The position numbers and the translations under genes are program-made. A model generated the notes under the pieces. It saw only the letters and a list, made by a program, of their open reading frames with translations, did not search any database and was not told the origin of the DNA. A stretch of 61,500 bases of DNA from an uncultured Acidimicrobiia bacterium (lineage in GTDB: Bacteria; Actinomycetota; Acidimicrobiia; Spongiisociales; UBA4744): assembly GCA_964383535.1 (NCBI GenBank), contig CAYLHS010000003.1, forward strand, positions 1-61,500, written 5' to 3'. This document shows positions 58,619 through 61,500 of the stretch, piece by piece; position 1 is the first letter of the stretch, and each line of letters starts with the position of its first letter.

Positions 58619-59240
58619 GCTGTCGTATGATAAGCAACCAGGCTGGCGGGTCAAGCACCGACACTTTCACGACCGTTCCGCTCGACGGGCGCTGTTCCAA
58701 ATCATCACGTCGCGACAAGCCAATCACGCCTACCCCTGCGGGCTTGAGCGCGCGCCGCATCCAGGCTGCGCCCTGCTCAGGTGGAAGTACCCCGCGCATG
58801 GTGATCGCCTCACAGTCCCGAAGGGTCTCCAGGTCCCCGGCCAGAACCTCGATGTTCCCCGGTTCGAGGATGCGAATCGCTCGCTTCAGGAGACGAGCCC
58901 GCCGCTCCGAGCGCTCGACCAACACAACGCGCGTGTCCGGCAGCACGATCCCCAGTGGGATCCCCGGCAATCCTCCCCCGGAACCGACGTCATGCAGCGT
59001 TTCGGGGGGCGCATCGGGCCATCCGACGAGGAAACTGAGGCTGTCCTCGATGTGTCGAGTCTCTATGCGGTCTGCCTCGGTGGGGGAGAGGAGCCCTGCG
59101 GGGATACCTTCCTCCAGGATCCACTCTCCGTACGCCTGCAACAGAGCGCCTCGGGCGCCGTCGAGGACCTGCCCTATCGCGTTGCCGGTACCGCCTGAAC
59201 CACCGAGTGCGCAGATCCAAGCCCGCACCTCAGGTTTCAC
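58608..59240 (-). CDS. rsmG: 16S rRNA m7G527 methyltransferase (GidB); start uncertain
   Basis: RHIEDSL, DVGSGGGLPGIPL, LVERSERRARLL; conserved position. Confidence 0.85.
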   Translation of the reverse strand: MKPEVRAWICALGGSGGTGNAIGQVLDGARGALLQAYGEWILEEGIPAGLLSPTEADRIETRHIEDSLSFLVGWPDAPPETLHDVGSGGGLPGIPLGIVLPDTRVVLVERSERRARLLKRAIRILEPGNIEVLAGDLETLRDCEAITMRGVLPPEQGAAWMRRALKPAGVGVIGLSRRDDLEQRPSSGTVVKVSVLDPPAWLLIIRQRGH

Positions 59241-59249
59241 GTGAAACCT
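59232..59249. promoter_or_regulatory. parS centromere site
   Basis: Perfect palindrome AGGTTTCACGTGAAACCT containing the actinobacterial GTTTCACGTGAAAC consensus, about 1.4 kb from parB. Confidence 0.92.
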
Positions 59250-60034
59250 CAATCTTCGGGTGAGAGTACGACCGATCTGTGTGGTTCCTCGCCTTCGGAG
59301 TACGTGCGTACGCCCTCGACGGTCGCTACCGCGTCGTGGATGACCTTCCGGTCGGCGGCGTTCATGGGCTCTAGCATGATCTCGGTTTGCTCTTCGAGGA
59401 CCTGTTCTGCAAGGCGCTCGGCATAGATCCGAAGGGCTTCCCTGCGACGTTCTCGATATCCCCCGATGTCGAGGCGGATCCGTGCAGATTCCCTGGTGCG
59501 GCGCTGGATGACGGTCTTGCACAACTCCAGGATCGATTCCAGAACGGCGCCGTGCTTACCGATCAGAGCCTCGGTCTGGCCACCCGTGACGTCTGCATAG
59601 ATGATGTCGTCGTCGACGCGCGTCTCCACGTTGCCTTCGAGACCGAACGCTTCCAGTAGTCCGCGCAAGAAGGCTCCTATGATCTCGGCTTGCTCTTCTT
59701 GCACGGCACTGTCCTCCTCGCGTGGTTTCTGCGGCTCTCGTTCTCGCTTCTGCTCGCGCTTCTGATCCTTGGCCTTACTCTGCTGTTGACGTTTGCTCTG
59801 GCGCGGTGCAGGGTTGCCAGATTCTGGCTGGCTCTTCTTCTTGGGACGGCGGCGTCGTTTGGGCTTCGGTTGAACGCGAACCAGCGCATCCTTGCGGCCC
59901 AGGCCGAGAAACCCCTTCTCGGGTTCTTGGAGTACTTCGACGCGCACCTGGTCCGCCGATCCGAGCCCTAATTCCTCAACGGCCGCCTGCACAGCAAGCT
60001 CAACCGTAGGTCCTCTCACTTCCACCCACTCCAC
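59249..60034 (-). CDS. jag: Jag/KhpB (EloR) KH-R3H RNA-binding protein
   Basis: EPEKGFLGLG, LIGKHG, LDIGGYRERR, LEPMNAADRKVIH, SEGEEPHRSV. Confidence 0.93.
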   Translation of the reverse strand: MEWVEVRGPTVELAVQAAVEELGLGSADQVRVEVLQEPEKGFLGLGRKDALVRVQPKPKRRRRPKKKSQPESGNPAPRQSKRQQQSKAKDQKREQKREREPQKPREEDSAVQEEQAEIIGAFLRGLLEAFGLEGNVETRVDDDIIYADVTGGQTEALIGKHGAVLESILELCKTVIQRRTRESARIRLDIGGYRERRREALRIYAERLAEQVLEEQTEIMLEPMNAADRKVIHDAVATVEGVRTYSEGEEPHRSVVLSPED

Positions 60035-60036
60035 GA

Positions 60037-60834
60037 CTACTTCCTCCTCCGACGCTTCCTCTTCTTCGCGGAGCCCTGCGGGTTCTTAGGTGCCGAGGGA
60101 GGCCCATCCTCCTTCTTCTGCACCGGCGGTGGCTCCGGACGGCCGTCCATCCTGAAGATCATGCCCTGCTGTCCCACCCTGAACAGGTTCGAGGTCACGA
60201 AGTACAGGTTGAGTCCCGCGGGGAAGCTGAACGAGAACACCCCAAACAGAAGCGGCATGATCCTGGTCATGAGCTGTGCCTGCTGCCCAGTTCCGTCGCT
60301 GCTTTGTGGGGTCACCTGTTTGGACTGGATCCACCCGGACGCGATCACGAGGACCACGACGATCAGATAGGGGATCGCACCCACCCAGCCGGCGCTGAGC
60401 GCGTCCTTCGGAGTCACACCCAGATCCATCCCAAGGAAATTGGGCAGACCCTTCTGAAACGCGGCCAGTATGTTCGAACCCACCGGCATGAATTGGTCAG
60501 GACTCCTGAGCAACCTGAACAGGCCGAACCACACGGGCATCTGGACCAACATCGGGAGGAGACACCCCGCCGGATTCACGCCCTTCTGCTTGTACAGGGC
60601 CATCATCTCCTTGTTGAGCGTCTCCGGATCTTCCTTGTACTCCTTCTGGAGCTTCTTGACCTCGGGCTGTATCTCCTGCATGGCTCTCGTCGATCGCGTC
60701 TGCTTCAGGGTCAGCGGGAAGAGCAGAAGGTTGATGAGCAGTGTCAGCAGGATGATCGACAGGCCGTAGTTGGGGATGAGGTCGTAGAACACGCTCATCG
60801 GGACGGCGATGATGCGCGCGAGTGAGTCCAGCAC
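60037..60834 (-). CDS. yidC: Membrane protein insertase YidC
   Basis: YGLSIILLT, MQEIQPEVKKLQ, NPAGCLLPMLVQMPV, PAGLNLY. Confidence 0.94.
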   Translation of the reverse strand: MLDSLARIIAVPMSVFYDLIPNYGLSIILLTLLINLLLFPLTLKQTRSTRAMQEIQPEVKKLQKEYKEDPETLNKEMMALYKQKGVNPAGCLLPMLVQMPVWFGLFRLLRSPDQFMPVGSNILAAFQKGLPNFLGMDLGVTPKDALSAGWVGAIPYLIVVVLVIASGWIQSKQVTPQSSDGTGQQAQLMTRIMPLLFGVFSFSFPAGLNLYFVTSNLFRVGQQGMIFRMDGRPEPPPVQKKEDGPPSAPKNPQGSAKKRKRRRRK

Positions 60835-61082
60835 TACCGGTCTCCCCTCGAAGGTACCGGGTCGTAGCCGCCTTCACTCAGCGGATGGCACCGCGAGATA
60901 CGCCGGACGGCCATCGCGCCTCCCTTCAGGACCCCGAAGCGACCGATCGCCTCATAGGCATACTGTGAACAGGTCGGCATGTAGCGGCAGTTCTTGCCCA
61001 GGGAAGGGGAGAGGAGCCGCTGATACGCACGAATCATCGCCCGCACAACGAGTGCTCCCGGCCCTCGTACCTGGTCAGTCAC
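60834..61082 (-). CDS. yidD: Membrane protein insertion efficiency factor
   Basis: YQRLLSP...[10 protein letters not shown]...RISRCHP...GGYDPVP. Confidence 0.94.
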   Translation of the reverse strand: MTDQVRGPGALVVRAMIRAYQRLLSPSLGKNCRYMPTCSQYAYEAIGRFGVLKGGAMAVRRISRCHPLSEGGYDPVPSRGDR

Positions 61083-61494
61083 GTCTTTCCTCCATCGCGG
61101 TCTCCAACCATCCCACCATCTCCTCGAACGATGCTGTCAGCACCGCCCGTGAGGCAACCACAATGTAGCTGCCTTCGGACAACGTCACCTGGCCGAGTGC
61201 CGCACGAATCCGCCTTTTCGCCCGGTTGCGGTCGACGGCGGGACCCACGCGCTTCTTGCTCGCCACGATACCCACCTCGGCATCGCGCCCACCTCGTACG
61301 GCGATCACCGTGATTCCTCCCTGTCGGCGCCGGGTCCCCGTCGCGAAGACCTCCGAGAACCGACGCCTACCGGTCAGTGACCTAGGCGGAGAGCCGCTTG
61401 CGGCCCTTCCGGCGCCGCCGTTCGATGACCGCGCGACCTCCTCGGGTTCGGAGACGTGCGCGGAATCCATGCTTGCGTTTTCTGCGTCGAACAT
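61075..61494 (-). CDS. rnpA: Ribonuclease P protein component (start uncertain)
   Basis: [27 protein letters not shown] motif; conserved position. Confidence 0.88.
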   Translation of the reverse strand: MFDAENASMDSAHVSEPEEVARSSNGGAGRAASGSPPRSLTGRRRFSEVFATGTRRRQGGITVIAVRGGRDAEVGIVASKKRVGPAVDRNRAKRRIRAALGQVTLSEGSYIVVASRAVLTASFEEMVGWLETAMEERRD

Positions 61495-61500
61495 TCGGCT
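61382..61500 (-). CDS. rpmH: 50S ribosomal protein L34, 5'-truncated (not in the ORF track)
   Basis: [38 protein letters not shown], stop TAG at 61382-61384. Confidence 0.95.
   Translation of the reverse strand, partial: PNVRRRKRKHGFRARLRTRGGRAVIERRRRKGRKRLSA

Noticed and set aside
61400-61500. oriC / DnaA boxes
   Set aside because: None seen; oriC and dnaA are expected beyond the window end, upstream of rpmH
1-61500. Mobile element, prophage or defence island
   Set aside because: No integrase, transposase, phage structural, restriction-modification or toxin-antitoxin motifs recognised

Overview
GC-rich actinobacterial chromosome segment next to the replication origin. An Acidimicrobiia-like host is inferred from gene content and style, not from a database search. 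The backbone is the conserved origin-flanking gene order: dnaB-rplI-rpsR-ssb-rpsF, padR-ino1, pcnA, a pseudokinase / SigM-like ECF sigma / anti-sigma block, trxB-trxA, and parB-parA-rsmG-jag-yidC-yidD-rnpA-rpmH with a perfect parS site. It is interleaved with beta-oxidation genes, a split arginine cluster (argCJBD and argRGH, each with matching ARG-box promoters), SoxR facing a split transketolase-like pair, peptidases and transporters. I found no transposase, phage, CRISPR or defence genes. The most unusual signals are non-coding or unannotated: (1) a ~205-nt structured RNA candidate with its own promoter and terminator upstream of surE (Ms1/6S-like architecture); (2) heptamer-phased tracts at gene 3' ends, two of them forming inverted-arm elements; (3) a REP-like CCTCCCC...GGGGGAGG...GGAGGGGG repeat family; (4) a classic 19-bp-spacer SoxR promoter driving a ThDP enzyme pair; (5) a missed 51-aa ORF ending in CCGHPGEPGC; (6) widespread leaderless-type starts; (7) rnpA with no canonical start outside rpmH. 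All calls come from reading motifs by eye; no searches were run.
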